Below, piece by piece: positions 27,486-41,892 of a stretch of DNA of 64,000 nucleotides. Made by a program: the position numbers and the translations under genes. The first letter of the stretch is position 1. Each line of letters begins with the position of its first letter. Source of the stretch: Chrysomallon squamiferum (taxonomy: Eukaryota; Animalia; Mollusca); contig CM022673.1 in assembly GCA_012295275.1 (NCBI GenBank), positions 10,106,001-10,170,000 of the forward strand, written 5' to 3'. The notes below the pieces were generated by a model that was not told the origin of the DNA, made no database searches, and was given only the letters and a program-made list of their open reading frames with translations.

Positions 27486-28524
27486 AAGAAGGTTACTGAT
27501 ATGATAATAATAACAGATAAAGAAAGCACTAAAGACCCATCGTCACATTTCTGAACATAAACACCTACCTAGATATGTCTATTAAAACGTCTCCAGATAA
27601 GTAAAAATAACTAAAAACAGTTTTTCTTTAAATCCATATGAGGCCAAACAAATGCGCTCATAAATAAAATAACAAAAATAATAATAAAAAAAGTAAAGGA
27701 GATAAATAATTCATTAGCAACAGGCACATGTGTCCATCTTTGTACTTCTGCCATCAGCCAGGATTTGACGTATTTCTGTTTTCCTCTGTGTTGGCGCCTT
27801 TCGAAGCAATTAAGTTACAATCAATATCAAACGGTAGAACCTTTTTATAAATGGGATGACGCTAATATGGAGTTATATCCGCGTGGTAACCAACTAAAAA
27901 GCAGTGCCAAGGCTAAAACAGAATTATAAGTGTTGTTAGCAGATGTTCGTCAGCTTCGAAAGCAATAATAATATAAAGAACTGGGATAAAAACACGAAGA
28001 AAGTGTCTTTAACATTATAAATATATCTTCATTGTCTCTTTGTTTGATATTGTTATTGCAAAATGAAGTGCGCTGGAGGAAATTACATATTTTTAGCGAA
28101 ATTTGTGCGAATTACGACTTATATTGCATTCGAACTGGGTAACGTTTAAGCCCAGTTTTGGATAATACGAAAACAAAGTCAGAAGGTGTGACTGTGTAAC
28201 TATGTTAGACAAATTTGTATTTTAAATTAATTTATTATTATTATTATTTATTATTTTTTTTTTTTTTTTTTTCTTGCTGAAAACAAGCTAAAATTTTCTT
28301 ACATAACATGATTAGGAATAATGATAAGGAAGAGACACAGCATACAGAGAAAGATGTAATGTGCTGGTCAGATTAAACTATTATTAAACATGAAAATCTG
28401 AAAACGTCTAGTTATATACAGATAGTTTCAAAAATAGAATATTTGTCCGTAGAATCGTAATATTGCATATTTCGTATTAATTACTGCGAATCCAATAGAT
28501 ACGTATTTCTCGTTATGGCCATAT

Positions 28525-28569
<45 letters not shown>

Positions 28570-28735
28570 CAGACAGACAAATAGGATACTGAAATAGATT
28601 TAGCCAAACCAAACGCATACAAATCTTACTCACACATACAAAGACAGAAGCTTCAATTTAAGCAGTATCAGTTCACGCTGTTTCAGTAGTGTTTATCTAT
28701 AGAGGATTTTTCTTTAATGGAGGAAACTGCTGTAG

Positions 28736-28854
28736 ACTTTCGTGGTGTTTCCCCATTCCAAACAGAATCTCTTTCATTAATTTTCAAAAAACCAACATAT
28801 TTATGTATAGATATTATAAAAGGATTATTAAAGGATCTTTTTTTTTTTCCATTA

Positions 28855-28885
<31 letters not shown>

Positions 28886-28933
28886 AAATTTATAAAATGA
28901 GATTAAGTCTAGAATGGGAAACACCACGAAAGT
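28736..28933. mobile_element. MITE-like/non-autonomous element remnant with ~35-bp inverted repeats around a T-rich spacer
   Basis: ACTTTCGTGGTGTTTCCCCATTCCAAACAGAATCTC (28736-28771) pairs with GAGATTAAGTCTAGAATGGGAAACACCACGAAAGT (28899-28933). Confidence 0.65.
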
Positions 28934-29255
28934 TTGAATCCTTTATCACTGTCCATCATCTCTACAAGAACATGGTATAAATTATTATCGCTGGTATTCG
29001 CGCCAGCCTTGTTAAATGTCTGCCGCGCACTCCTGGCCACACTTCGCGGTTTTGAGTCGCCTGAGTCATCGTGCTAAGTTAATTTGTTAATGAAATCAGA
29101 GTGAGCCGAGTGTCGTCCTTCTTCCTGCTGAAGTACTGGCTAAGATGGGAACATAACGACATGCCGAAAAAGGAAGGTAATGATATCCCGAAATGTGCCA
29201 ATTATAGATGGATGGTCTGACCCAGATCGTTACAGCCGTCGTTTGTGAAAACGTC

Positions 29256-29381
29256 AGAGGTTCGCGAACACATTAGCGGTTCATGAACACATTAGAGGCT
29301 CATGAACACATTAGAGGCTCATGAACACATTAGAGGCTCATGAACACATTAGAGGTTCATGAACGTATTAATGGTTCATGA
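29256..29381 (+). repeat. 19-bp minisatellite (TCATGAACACATTAGAGGC) x~6
   Basis: Direct reading. Central units are identical and the edges degenerate. Confidence 0.92.
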
Positions 29382-30238
29382 AACGGATTCCGTAGTTCTT
29401 TCAGGACCAATCGTTATATCTTTTTATTTTTATATTATTAGTAGTAGTAGTATTATTACTTGTTGTTCTTGATGTTGTTGTTGTTAAAGTGGTGGTGATT
29501 ATGACTGTTGTTTTACTCTTAATGTTACTGGTATTATTATTTTTTTTATTTTTTTTATTTATTTATTATTTTTTTTTTTTTTTAAACTGATGACAATGTA
29601 CATTCGGTATGAAAAGAATGCCAAAAAAAAAAAAAATAATAATAATAATAATAATTATAACGTTATAATTATGTGTAAAGAAGGTATTAGGACGTCAGAA
29701 CTGATTTCATTAATAATTATAAGCAAATGTTTACGGAAATCACATTTATGTCAAACAAGAAATAAATATAATATCTCTACGTTGCTATTTATCATTCGGA
29801 TACAGTTTCTGGATTTTCATCATCCACTTGCTTCGTTCACACACGGATTATTTAACTCTTGCATTTAGTTGAAATTTGTTCTATACGATTAGAGTGTCGT
29901 ATAGTACAGACATGTAGTGAATATTTCTGAAGTATTTCTTTAAGAATAAACCGTGTATCATGAACATCATTAAAAGTCACATTACAAAGAATTCAATTTC
30001 CTTTCTAATTCAGCGGGTTTGGGCTTGCGTGACGTAACCCACTAAACAAAATCCATTCTAACTAAAAGACTTTGTGATTAGACACTATCACTGTTAGATC
30101 ACGTAATTAAGGGTACACATCTCTGCACATTGAAGCTGAAAATGAATAAATTAGTTCTCTGATAAGTTAGGCTGCTGTCATTTAGTCCTTATTGGCTTTA
30201 CTGGTTCTTCTTTTGTCTTCTGCTTTTTCTTTTTTCTT

Positions 30239-30275
<37 letters not shown>

Positions 30276-30454
30276 GTATCGTTATTATTCTTTATCTCCT
30301 TCTGTCTGTCTTTCTTCTTCTTTTTCGTCTTCTTCATTTGGTTAAGAAGCGTACTTAGCAGCAAAGCATATTTTGCTTTTAACATTACCATAGGCAGGAA
30401 AGGACATCCAGATCTTTGATAGACGCATACTGGCAAAATGGACTTTTCGTGTTA

Positions 30455-30635
30455 GAACCTGCAGCTGACGGGATCGTGTCCCGAAATCCCCAAAGTTAAT
30501 TGGGAATATGTAGTTTACAACATCTTTTCTCTCTAACTAATCTTCTAACTCAAAATAGCATTGTCTTGGTCGGACACGATAATCTCTGAGATCATGGTCC
30601 AAGACAGACGTGCTTTAATATTAATTAAATATTTT
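30455..30635 (+). mobile_element. Possible degenerate SINE of a second family
   Basis: GGGATCGTGTCCCG B-box-like segment, then CTAAC..TTGTCTTGG.CGGACAC...CTGAG...CCAAGACAG.CGTGCTT, which resembles a gastropod SINE body as I recall it. Confidence 0.35.
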
Positions 30636-30757
30636 ACAGTGGCTGACTATCATCAGGGTGTTTTATAGATATTTATAACAAAGAAATAAGAAGTAAAAAA
30701 AAGAAAGAAGATAATGAAATGGCATAAATTCATTCTTATCAAAAATAAATAAATAAA

Positions 30758-30788
<31 letters not shown>

Positions 30789-30900
30789 AAACAAATAAAA
30801 ACGAATAAATAAGCGAGGAGAAAATAAAATAAAAGAAATTCTGAATACGTAAGTTTTCTCCAAAGGTTCTCGCCAAAAGGCCATTGAGAGAGAGAGAGAG

Positions 30901-30981
<81 letters not shown>

Positions 30982-32696
30982 GCTAACACTATTACAACAA
31001 TAATGATGATAATAATAATAATAAAGATGGAACGAGAAGAAAATACAATAATCTAATAATTATGTCAGTTTGATATTTCAAAATTTCTCTATGATTTTTA
31101 TCAAATTATTTTTCACCCCTCTTTATATTGACCAATAAATAATTAATATTCGTTAATACAGAATCAACAGTGCACCACAGCAGTGAAATGGCAAAAAGCC
31201 ATTTGCGTTGTCAAATAATCAATTATAATGCTTTAATACCTCTCTACGTATTATACATCTTTTCCGCTGAATACCTCGAAGCCTTTTTTCGGATTGTGTA
31301 TGAACTGGCGAGAGTCCATTAGTATTCCTATAATAAAAAAAAATGTACGCGATGTTGTGTCGGAAATTAGATTTGAGAAGATTGAAAACAATTCACTCGA
31401 ACGTAATATGCTAAAAACGCCTGTCATTTGCCAGAAAAAAAAAAGAAAAAAAAACTTTTTTTTTTTTTTTGGAAAAACTATAACCGAGTCTGATGGTCAT
31501 ATTAATTCGTGGTCAGCCGTGGGTTTCCGAATTCTAAGTACAAATCGAATTGTTCAGCTGTCGAAATCAAATGGATAAGCCTTGTCGTTTGAATGGATTA
31601 AGAACGGACCCGTGATTTGGGAGCAGTTCGAGTAGAAAAGCTGAATTTGTCGTTCAAGTATGGCTTCCTCTCGCTGTTTTGTTGTTTGTTTTCTTACCTC
31701 AAACGTTTTTTGTTTTGCTGGGTTGAAAGGTGAATTATAATAATAACAATGATTGATTATGATCATAACCATAACAACAACAGCAACAATAAAGATGATG
31801 AAAATATAACTGTGCGTATGTAATGTTATCCCTCTCATTAATTTTCCCCCTATAACATTATTTGTCTTACTCTCATCGTGTTTTATCGTACAGAACATTT
31901 CTCTCCGTTTCTGTCGGTTTCTTTAATCAACATTCACCTATATTTATCTTTCTATCTTTAGCTGCGTCTGTCAATGTCTTTTTATCTATACATACACGTC
32001 TGTCTCATGCACGTGGGATAAGATTCTGCACATAGACAATGTCCGGGAACACACTGGTACAGGAGGACAAAGTCCAATCACGACCTTACAAACCCTGTCA
32101 GATGCCACTGACGAGACTCGAACGTATGGCACCCATTCGACCGCACTGCGTAGGCGGACGACGTTACTATTCGTCCACCTACACAACCTAATGTATGATA
32201 GTATGTATGCGTTTAACTGTTTAATTTTTTTCTTTTTTTTTCTTCTTAAATTCTCCTTTGGACGATCATTTTATAACGACGATTTAAAATAACAGCGTCG
32301 GCGAAATGATAGTAAAGGAGGCCCTTTTCGGGCGAATTGATGAGACGTTTTCTCAAGATAGTGATAAAATGAAGATAGATGTCAGAAAATAAGTGGCGGG
32401 GGTTAAAGCACTTTGACTTCATTAGCAGTCTTTACACGTTCTTTTGGTAATTCCATTCCATCTTATTGTTATATAGCTGTCAAAGCACTTGGCGACGCGA
32501 AAGCAGTAATAAGGGATCAGACGATTGGTTAACTTGCAATGAGCTCCCGGGAGTTCTCGCGAGAATTCATTAATAATAATATTACCCACACCATTTCGAG
32601 GAGTTATTTTTGCGCTTAAGTAACGATGAGTTTAAATTGAAGTTTTCAAATTTATTTATCGTTATTCATTGGAATTCTTTATTTATTTCTGTCTGC

Positions 32697-32748
<52 letters not shown>

Positions 32749-34058
32749 TTATTATTATTATTATTATTATTATTTAATTAATTAATTAATTTTTGTTTTA
32801 TTTTATTTTGTCTTGTTTTACTGAAGATGTGTTAAGTTACGGTAATTTGAATGAAAACATTTCTGTATCATGTGTCTGTGACTGTACATGCATATCTCTG
32901 TGTATATGTGCTTGTAGTTTGCTTGCTTAGTTTGTTTAGTTTATTTCATCAAAGGAATAGAAATTAAATAATAATAATAATAATAATAAACAATTTATGA
33001 ATTATAAACACTATAGATTTTTTAATACAGTCTCTTTTTTCTTTCGTTTCTTTGTTTTTCTTTTTTAATTTTTTTCTTTCTTTTTTTTTGTTTTATAATT
33101 TACTTTGTTTTATTTCAGTAAAGAAATACGTACAGATCTACAAATCTAATCTGTAATTCTTTGTGAGAATAAGAATTATTTTTGAAACGTCTTTTCAACT
33201 TTATGTTTATGTTATTTTATTTTGCTGAGGCGAAAATGAAAATTAAATACAGAAAATTTGTTTTGTGATTCTTCCACAATAAGATATTTTCTTGCAAAAA
33301 ACGACCTAAAAAACTTTGTTGTTAAACTTTTCGTGTATTTTATTTCATTTTGTTTTATAAAGGCGAAAACAAGAACAGAATGCAAACCGTTTTTTCTCAA
33401 ATTCTTGTGAATTTTATTTCATTTTGTTTTACAAAAGTGAAAATTGAAACTGAATACAGAAAATTTATTTTCTAATTCTTGTCTTAACAATGTCAGGGTT
33501 TTTAAAATTATCTATTTAATGAGCCATCCCCTTGACATTCACTTGAAAAAGAAATTAGATTTGTCTAAATTTTTTATTTTTCTGAATCAAGCAAGGAAAG
33601 CGAATTTAGAAATAATCATCTATAACGAACCTTTCATTCATTTCATTATCCTGTTATTTTTAGAGGATAAAGGAAATAACTGATAAATACTGAAATACAA
33701 TTGGCTAAGTTTGACAACAATAATTTTTTTTAAACTTTTTTAAAATATAGAGGAGGTAAAGAATATGTGAATGAAAGAAAGAAAGAAGAAAGATTTAATG
33801 AAAGAAAGAAAACCTGAAAAATATAATGAAACAATCAAGAAAAAGAATTAATGAAATAAGGAAGAAACATAGATAATGAGAAATCGAAAAAATAAAATGG
33901 AAGAAAGGAAAAACAAAATAAAGAAGAAAAAACGAACAGATACTTTGAACTAAATAAAGAATAACTGAAAAAGAATTCTGCATGTGCTGAAATGTCCTGA
34001 ATTAAATAAATGCATGTAAAACTATAAATGCATTTTAAATTGAAAAATTGAAAAAAAA

Positions 34059-34151
<93 letters not shown>

Positions 34152-36100
34152 TATTATTATTATTGATATTATTATTATTATTGTTATTATTACTGTGTGA
34201 TAGAATCCACGTTAAGTTAAATTGACTTAGATATCGGCAAAAATTTGGTACTGTGTGAGACCATAATTTTTTACATCTTCACTACACACGTATTAACCAC
34301 TCCGTTATTGTCCTTAAACTTCCGAAACAAGAAGAAGAAGAAGAAGAAGAAGAAATATCTTTGCTCCACAAAAACCTGTTGTCCCTGATGCAAAATATGA
34401 AACTAATCACATCGCAGTTCTTTTTAATAAAGAATATAATATACGTATTTATTTATTAATTTTAAGTGTTTTGATTTTGTTGTTCTCTGCAAACGTCTAA
34501 ACTACAGAAAATACCAGCAGTTCAAAAACACAATAGGTGACATTTAAAGTACTATATTTTCACATTTGTTTCCTTGGTCTTTGTTTTTTTAATTTGTTTT
34601 TCCTTGTACTTTGTGTAAAGATCACGAAAACGTAAATATTTTGCTAACGGAATGTCAGAACAAAAAGGAGGAATTTACGTAGGCAAACGTCATTTGGTTA
34701 TTTTTAGTAACAGTGGACATAATTTAACCTAGACCGCAACTGTGCTGATTTTCTCTGACTGAAGTATTTTCGTTCTTAATCCCATGTCGTAGAAATATTC
34801 CAATCAATAAGAAGATTGGTAATCCCCAATGGTCACTACAATATCGGCAGAAAAGAATGAAATTTCTGTGAGAAAAGTGCAATTTACCGAAACGACGTGT
34901 CGTCAAAACGAACCAGAAAAGTGTAAATCAAAAAGAAAATACTCTGCCGGTTTGACATAGGTTTGGCTTCATAATAAACATGAATGATCTTTTAATGACA
35001 CGTCTAAACCAGATTTTATGTGATGAATTATACCCGAAGTTCAATTATTTTTCAAAAGAACACTTTATAGTAAAATTAATTCTGTTTTTTCACGGCGATA
35101 ACGCTCCAGCCAGTTTTTATCAGCTTGTGTGAATAGTTTTGCTCTGACCGTGCTCTGTTTTAGTCATACATTCGCCATAGAGATTAAATTTAATTCTTTT
35201 TGATTTGTTTTTATTCCCAACTTTCCAAAAGTATGAAAGTCGCAGACGTTCTATATTCAGTGATATTACAAGATCGAGGTTTTGGCAGTTTTCGAGACAA
35301 TACTGAATGATTTATAGGAAACTGACATTTTGTGAAATCAAAAGAGTTTTTGGTTAGTTTTCAAGGCAGTACGTTAGAAAGGTTTATAGAGAAAGAATAT
35401 ACATTTTAGTTGTTAAAAATAAAATTCATAATATACATATTTTCATTATGTATTAAGAAAGACTCTTCGTATATACATGAATAGGAAAATTTCTTTCACA
35501 CGCAGACACAAAGAGATATGATTTAAGTTTAATGTTCGAAATGATAATGAAAGAAAATCAATCTTCAAGAATGTAGTAATAGTAGTAGGAGTAATAGTAG
35601 TTATAATTGTGATATCAGTAATGATAATAAGGTAAAGTATTAACATCTTGACAATGTGATGTCCATGATGCACACTACAACCACAAGGTATTGGAGAAAC
35701 TGTTACTTGTGTCTGTTGTTCGCCTGATGAAATTATCGCCACCTCTGACGTTAGAGGAGTCGGCGTGTCTCCTTTAATGAACAACACGTTTAGATCTAGG
35801 CATCTGGGCGTTTTTAAATATAGTGTTTTAGTTTAATATATATATATATATATTTTTGAATATCAGTCATTTAGATATACAGTGCAATAAACAAATGACT
35901 CTAGGATTCCATTTGTCCTTAGTCTCGCATGGGAAAGGAAACACGATTTTCTGTGGATCTAGAAAAGGGTTTTTTACTTTAATATTATAAAAGAACATTA
36001 CAGTTTTCATAAACGTGTATGGAACTGTTACAGTATTATCATTTTTTATTATTCCTAAAGGATGATCTTTACATAAAACAGAAACATCCCCTATCAGTGC

Positions 36101-36185
<85 letters not shown>

Positions 36186-37133
36186 ATATATTCATATGTA
36201 CAACAATAAGTCGATGCCTCTAGACATATATATATAAACATATACATACCCACACACTGACATCAAATACGTTCGTACTTATATGCAAAAGTACACTCGT
36301 TCAAAATCAGTAACTTAAAAATACACAAAGCATAGTTTGTTTCAATTATGTTCCCGATACAACAAATGCTTACAGAGTGATTCCAGTCGTAAACCAGACT
36401 GAACTGTGTATATAAAGACTCTTTAATGTGGTAGAAACTGTATCAATTTGATGTAAAATTACACAGATATTTACCACATCGGAACACACATAAGGGAGCA
36501 ATTTGTAACCGCCGTAAAGTATTTTAGCGCTAAAAAACGTAAAACGAAAATAAAGTTATCGCTTTAAAATCGCCTTTGCTTTGTAAAAAAAAAAAAAAAA
36601 AACCAGTTTCCCAGACTGCTGTAACGACTTTTCAAACACCCATAAATATATTTTCAACGTGGAGCTGCAACGTGACAATCAGGAGGAAATCTTATTTATA
36701 GGTTTGTTCAAGCAAGAAATAAAGTATTCTATTTTAAACAGAACCCGCTGGAGTTGGGTATGGTTATCCCGAGAGTAAACAAGGTATGCTCGGCCGATAT
36801 GTCCTGCGTATTAACTCTTTGCTCTGACGCTGTGTTTAGTGCGGCTTCACAGTCGCATACAGTCATCGATTTTGCGGTTATCGGAATAATAACACCATTT
36901 ATCGTGAAATAAATTTTCCAAATCTTGTGGCTCTTCATAAACAAAAGTTAATTACGCACGGATGAATTGTAATAAAATCAAAATGTATTTATATTGAACG
37001 AAGGTGTGTTTGTCCACGGATTAAAAAGATGATATAGATAAAAAATTAAAATAATAATAATTGTTAATAATTAAAGATAAAAGTATACGATGTTAATGAT
37101 CGAACAAAAGTTTATTCATATACATAGAATTTA

Positions 37134-37258
<125 letters not shown>

Positions 37259-37424
37259 ATAGTACTTGTATCTCACATTTTCCATTATCATTTATACAAA
37301 AAATCAGTAACCAATAATGTGTTTTTTCCCTGCTAACAAGCTATTTGTATTTGATAACAACATCAAAAACAATAGTTGTAATCGTTACAGTCATGCTTTA
37401 TCATTAGCATACACATATACAGAG

Positions 37425-37484
<60 letters not shown>

Positions 37485-40400
37485 AGGGAGAGGGGGAGAG
37501 GGATGAAGATTCACAAAGAAAAAACCCATAAATAACAATTACTACATATCTGAAGTAGACATTTTAAGCAATAAAAATAACTAAAGCAGTTCTTCATCTT
37601 GTAAAAAATTGTTTTGGTTTTCTTTTCGTTGGTTGATTTCTCGCCTCAGAGCAAGGCTGATGTCATCATAATGTACAATACACACAGCACCTGACTTAAG
37701 TTCAAATTGGTCAGTTTGGTGTATTCATGTTAATTTATCAGGCTTCCTAACTAAAAACGAGACATCGAATCGTTTCGACCATCGGTCAAGTTTGTCCAGG
37801 GAATGAGGTCAATGCCCAGAAAATATGCTAAATGTTTTTATCAACTACTAATGCCGATTTGCGCACTGATATTCTATTTCTGCCCACGTTTTGAAAGGCT
37901 TCATATCTTTGCTAATATGTTATTTGACCACTGGTCAGGTCTGATTGGAAAAACCGTCGCAAACGTTAAAACGATCAGACAGGCAGAATAATGAAACTTA
38001 CAGACACACTGACCAAGAAATAAAATTACATATTCCTGTGGTCAAGCGGTAACGTCTTACACTCGTAGGAGCGGTTTGAAGTCGTTAGAGTGCATGTATG
38101 GGACATGGCAGATTGCACGATCAGTACTCCTGAAAACTGTCATTTCCCGTTCCCACCTGAACCAGGAACTACACGATTTGGAACCGTACATCTACAGAGC
38201 TGAAGAAATAACCCAACCAAGCTGAAGAATTCCCCTTTTTATTTATTCATTTATTTATTTATTTTTATTTATTTTTATGTTATATATATATATATATATA
38301 TATATTTTGTTTTTAAAGTTCATCTTGTCCCACAGTGCGATTCAAAAATGATATATGAAGCACATTATGGGAAGTTATCATGTTGGTTGAACAAATATCA
38401 ATACCCAGTTGTCAAGCTAATAGTTATATTACTTTATTTATTTATTCTTATGAACATTAAAACATCATACATGTATACAAAAAAAAGAAAAAAAAAGAAG
38501 GGGAATAAAAGGAACAAAAAGAATAAAAAAACTCAGAAAAGAAAAGTGAAAATGGATAAATAGAAAAGGTTATATATATGTATGTATCAACCTGAAAATA
38601 TATAGCGGATGGACCCTGTGGTTTCTCCATCAAGTAACAAAACAAATCTCATCAAACATGTACCACGAATAAAACAAATAATAACTTTCCATTAACAGAA
38701 CATGAGAGAAGAAAAAACAAATCTTCATAAAGCGTGAACCAAACAATATGAAAACTTAAAAGGCTTGATCAGATTAAAAAAACCAGACAGCAAACAGTGT
38801 TTACATTTCCGCTGACATGCATGTCAAATGGAATAAAGTAAACTCATCCGTTTATGTCTTTTCAGCGAAATGTTATGCCGTTTAAAACAAGCTTTTCAAA
38901 ACAGAGAAATAAAATATAGAGATCACTTTATTTGCTGAACGAAACAGCCAAATATGATTAAAGAATCTGTTTGTAGATGTGATGTTTATAGCCTTAATTC
39001 ATTCCGAACAGCAACGAGTGATAATTTTATTTGTTAAGTGAGACCAATATTTAGTAATAATAAAATCATCAGAGATCCACGGAGGCTGCCATTTTCTGTA
39101 ATCCAGCGACATCAAAACAACGAGAAGTTCGCTTAATCATTTACTCATACTTGTTTCTTTTATTCTAATTATCAGTGAGAAAATTATCAACCCAACTGAC
39201 GTATTTTTCAGAAGCATCAAAACCTCTTTCAGTCATCTGCTCACGCTTGTTTGTTTTGTTCTGGACATCAGTGAGACAATGATCAAAACAGCTGACGTGG
39301 TTTTTTTCAGAATTAACAAGAGCGGTTATTAAATAAAATCAGTTAACACTACTACATCTCTATACCAATCCTCGCATTAGAAAACAAACGTTAATTGGTG
39401 CCTCATCAAACACCCTAAACATACTTAGTATGGAGGTGCTATAATAATAATAATAATAATAATAACAACAACAACAACAACAACAACAATAACAATAACA
39501 ATACAATTGATATAGACCACACGAAACAAATAATACAATTTCACCTGATGGTCTTGAAGGGACAAGCCTGTCGTCATAATTATCTAGCCTGGGATGAAGA
39601 TGGGCCATTTTATCATTATCATGGCCATTTTGTATATAGCACGTTTCGGCCTTGTAAGACTTTTGTTAGCATGTAGATTTTTTCGGATTGTCTGTTTAAC
39701 TGCATCTTGGCGCTTTTATTGCCAGACAGCATATCAATTTAAACCTTTTAACCTTGGAATATATTAAATTAAACAATAGCCCCAATGTTTTTGTTGTTGT
39801 TTTTCTTTAGCCAAAAGATAAACTATCAAAAACAATACATTGACGGAATTATTACATTTTTATCACCAAAGCTACATGCATTAAATCTGACGAAGATTTC
39901 ATTATTATAAAAGGTTTTAAAAGCAAAAATTCGATAAACAATTTAACAAGCTTTATTAATCAAATCAGAAAAACTCTTCTTAATTAATCATGTGGCAGGG
40001 CAGGAGAAAACTAATTAAGAACCTTCTCGGATCAAAGTCTAATTCAGTGAGGTCACGCGAAATTAGCAGCACTGGTCGCTCAGTCGTTTGCAAACAGCCT
40101 CAGAGGAAAAAAAACGAAAGATTCGGTCAACAGAATAGGCGCGCCCGGTAAACGGTCTTTTATTTATTTTTTTTATTTTTTTCAAACATCGACGACTGCT
40201 CAGCGCGCCTTTAAACAAACTAACTCGTCCCGACATCGTGTTGTGATCCTAGGAATTAAGACACCGGATGTCGGAATCGAACGCTGACTACAAGAAAACG
40301 AGTGAGACGTCTTTCACCAATCACGTTCAAACCGAGGCACAGACAGGCTGACTGGCAGACTTCCGGTTTGAAGAAAACGGTTAATGTTATATATAGGTGA

Positions 40401-41101
40401 GAGCCCAACGTGTTTCATAACGTAAACTATTATTAGATTATTTTATGGCGAATTTTAAGTATAACTCTTTTGAAAACTCCTCATGACACATTGGAGAAGA
40501 TGATTCACGCTGCATAGGGTATAGCCAGCATGATTCATAACTGAAAATACGATTAGATTTGCCGATACTGGGTTCTAAATAAAACTTCTACGATAATAAA
40601 ACTTGTCACTCTATTCCAGTTTGAAAAAATAAAAAAATAAAAAATAAAATAAAAAGAGGTTAATATTGCATCTATGATGATAACCAGATAACTTTAAAAT
40701 GTTAATTCATTTCTCTGAGGTGAATTTACTCTTAAAAACATATTCAGTGTCCTGGGTGATCCAAAATCTTTAAACATTAAAAAATTGTTAAAATAACACA
40801 GAATAAAAAAAAAAAAGTTAGCATATTAACAAATGTCTCTGACTGCTTTTAAATGAAAACGTTGACTGACTGACAGTCATATTGCAGTTAAAATAGACCT
40901 GTGATCAGAACAAAATTGTTGTCATCACTAATACTGTAACTGTTAATAATACACTAACAGATTTCGTTGGCACATTCTAGCTGAACTACTGAATGACTTA
41001 CTATAAAACAATCAGATGATGCAGGCCTTTTGGATTAATGAAATATCCTACAGGTAGTACCCAGTATGTTTAATAAATTATAATTACTTCTCTGTGGTCG
41101 G

Positions 41102-41168
<67 letters not shown>

Positions 41169-41892
41169 AGATTAATTGTAAAGATTCATATACATCTTAT
41201 CGTTTATTCTATTTTATTGCCTGATGTAGAAAATACAAAAGAAAATAGTTAAATTAACTTTTCATTGCATTTTAAATTCTATTTTTTGTTTTCTTTTTGC
41301 CTTTTCCGACTGATAAATCCTCTTCAATCAATAAAACTAAATTCTTTCGATTAAAAAATATAGCTGGGCTTTAAATTGTCTTTTCAAAGACAGTTTGTTT
41401 TTAGCACTGATCAAAAAGTGATTAAAATTAATCTGATTAGATCACGTGACTGTTAAAAACTAAAGGAGAAACACACATTCCCAAAATAAGTAGTATTTTA
41501 TTTAATTGAATTTTCATGTTTCTTTATTTACCGATTTAAAGATAATACAAATAGTCAAGCTTCGTGTGTAAGTGAGTGTGATGAATACACATGAATATAT
41601 AATGTACAGAAGCATGAACATGCATAGATATGTGCAGTAACATGTAGATACGTACATACACACATATACACACGTATATGTAAAAAGTATTTACAAGCAT
41701 GTTATTATTGTTCTTTTATAATACCAATTGATCTGTTCTTAATTTTGTCATCTTTATTTGTCTTTGTGTGTGTGTGTGTTTGTGTGTGTGGGTTTTTCTT
41801 CATCTATTTGCATATAACATGCTGTGTACAGTGATCAATCAATATAATAAGTAAACTCTATAAACGTATAATAATTAGCACCTACATAATAC

